A stretch of DNA of 64,000 nt from Eledone cirrhosa (taxonomy: Eukaryota). The notes beneath the pieces were generated by a model. It was not told the DNA's origin. It saw only the letters and a list, made by a program, of their open reading frames with translations, and ran no database searches. Position 1 is the stretch's first letter, and each line of letters starts with the position of its first letter. A program made the position numbers and the translations under genes. Positions 62,966-64,000 of this stretch are shown one piece after another. The stretch lies in assembly GCA_964016885.1 (NCBI GenBank), contig OZ024753.1, positions 30,256,001 through 30,320,000 of the forward strand, given 5' to 3'.

Positions 62966-63298
62966 CTAGCAGATTTACCCGGCGTTGCTCGGGGTTTGAA
63001 ATTATGCTAAGAATATACAGCTAGGAAGTAAAAGAGGTCTCCATATCTCACTCTCTTTATAAGGATTGTCAATAAAGTTGGTTATCTCCCTTACATCAAT
63101 TTTGCTACCGATAATTTTGATATCGATTTTTTTTATTGCTCAACGTGGGTCGATTGGAAAAATGTTTGTGATGTGACCATCTTAGCAACCTGTGCAACAT
63201 GCACAAAAAATTTGGTCAAAAGTTGGTAATTATAAAAGCCTTAGGTATCCAAAGTTGTACAGACACACACACACATCCTTGCTTATATATATATAAAG
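62966..63298 (-). mobile_element. Non-autonomous Helitron
   Basis: Minus-strand 3' end CCCG-AGCAACGC-CGGG hairpin, then TAAATCTG-CTAG|T; 5' end is TA-rich. Confidence 0.72.
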
Positions 63299-63317
63299 TT
63301 TAATGTTATGTATAAAA

Positions 63318-63465
63318 AATAATAATAATGAAATTGTGTACAGTGCTCAGGTGCACTACAACTCATCAAAGCTACATGGAAGCATGGAGGTTTTAAAGGA
63401 TGCAGTGTCTTGGCAGCTAACAACTGATGCAGGTAGTTTGTTCCATGCTTCAGCAACTCTGAGCT
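63318..63465 (-). pseudogene. CR1-type LINE 3' end
   Basis: LRVAEAWNKLPASVVSCQDTASFKTS plus the shared tail. Confidence 0.75.
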
Positions 63466-63477
63466 TGCTTTGTAAAT

Positions 63478-63665
63478 GTGGTGGATTGGCAGAATTGGGA
63501 GAGCATCGGATAAAATGCCATTGCAGTATAAATTCTGCTGAGGTTGACTTTGACTTTCATCCTTCCAGGGACAATAAAATAAAGTACCAGTAATTCACTG
63601 AGGTTGATTTAATCAACTTTGCCTTTGCCCAATTTGTTGGCCTTCTGCCTAAATAAGAAATCAAT
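63478..63665 (+). mobile_element. Decayed Meta-like SINE
   Basis: GGTGGATTGGCAG...CTTTCATCCTTCCAGGGACAATAAAATAAAGTACCAG. Confidence 0.8.
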
Positions 63666-64000
63666 ACCGTGTATCTATAATTTATGAGCCTGTTTATTGA
63701 TGTTAGGTATTTTATGTATACACATAAAACATTTTATATTTATAGTCAATGGTTTATGTTGTCACCTATTTCCTTTCATTCTATGATGTTTGAAATTACT
63801 TTACTGTTGATACTTAGTTCATTGAATTATTCTAAAAAATGGTATTGGGTTGTGTGTACACCCCCCCCCCTCTCTCTGATCAGTTCTGCATGAGCAAGAC
63901 ACAGTCATCTGACCTGGCTTGTCTCACAATTGGACAACTCTAACCCATGTTAGCATGGAAAAAATGGACATTAAACAGTGATGATGATATATTCCCACAT

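Overview
AT-rich, repeat-dominated eukaryotic DNA. The SINE, MITE and RTE families resemble those of coleoid cephalopods (octopus-like); this assignment is inference. No complete host protein-coding gene is visible. The window looks like long introns at the 5' end of a + strand gene, with a few candidate short first exons. It holds at least 8 tandem arrays, about 15 copies of a ~215-bp TTAA (piggyBac-type) MITE, more than 12 tRNA-derived SINEs, RTE and CR1 LINE fragments, a TSD-delimited Charlie/Buster-type hAT and a non-autonomous Helitron. The most notable signals are: (1) two adjacent (TA)n-flanked fold-back elements at 32.5-34.0 kb with Penelope-like architecture and hammerhead-ribozyme motifs, in one of which the inverted arm starts 1 nt after the predicted cleavage site; (2) RTE LINEs with a C4HC3 PHD finger inserted inside the reverse transcriptase; (3) satellites that grew out of dispersed elements; (4) three candidate alternative first exons that share intron phase 2. 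Most long ORFs in the supplied track are repeat artefacts. Coordinates were read by eye, and decayed-element boundaries are approximate.
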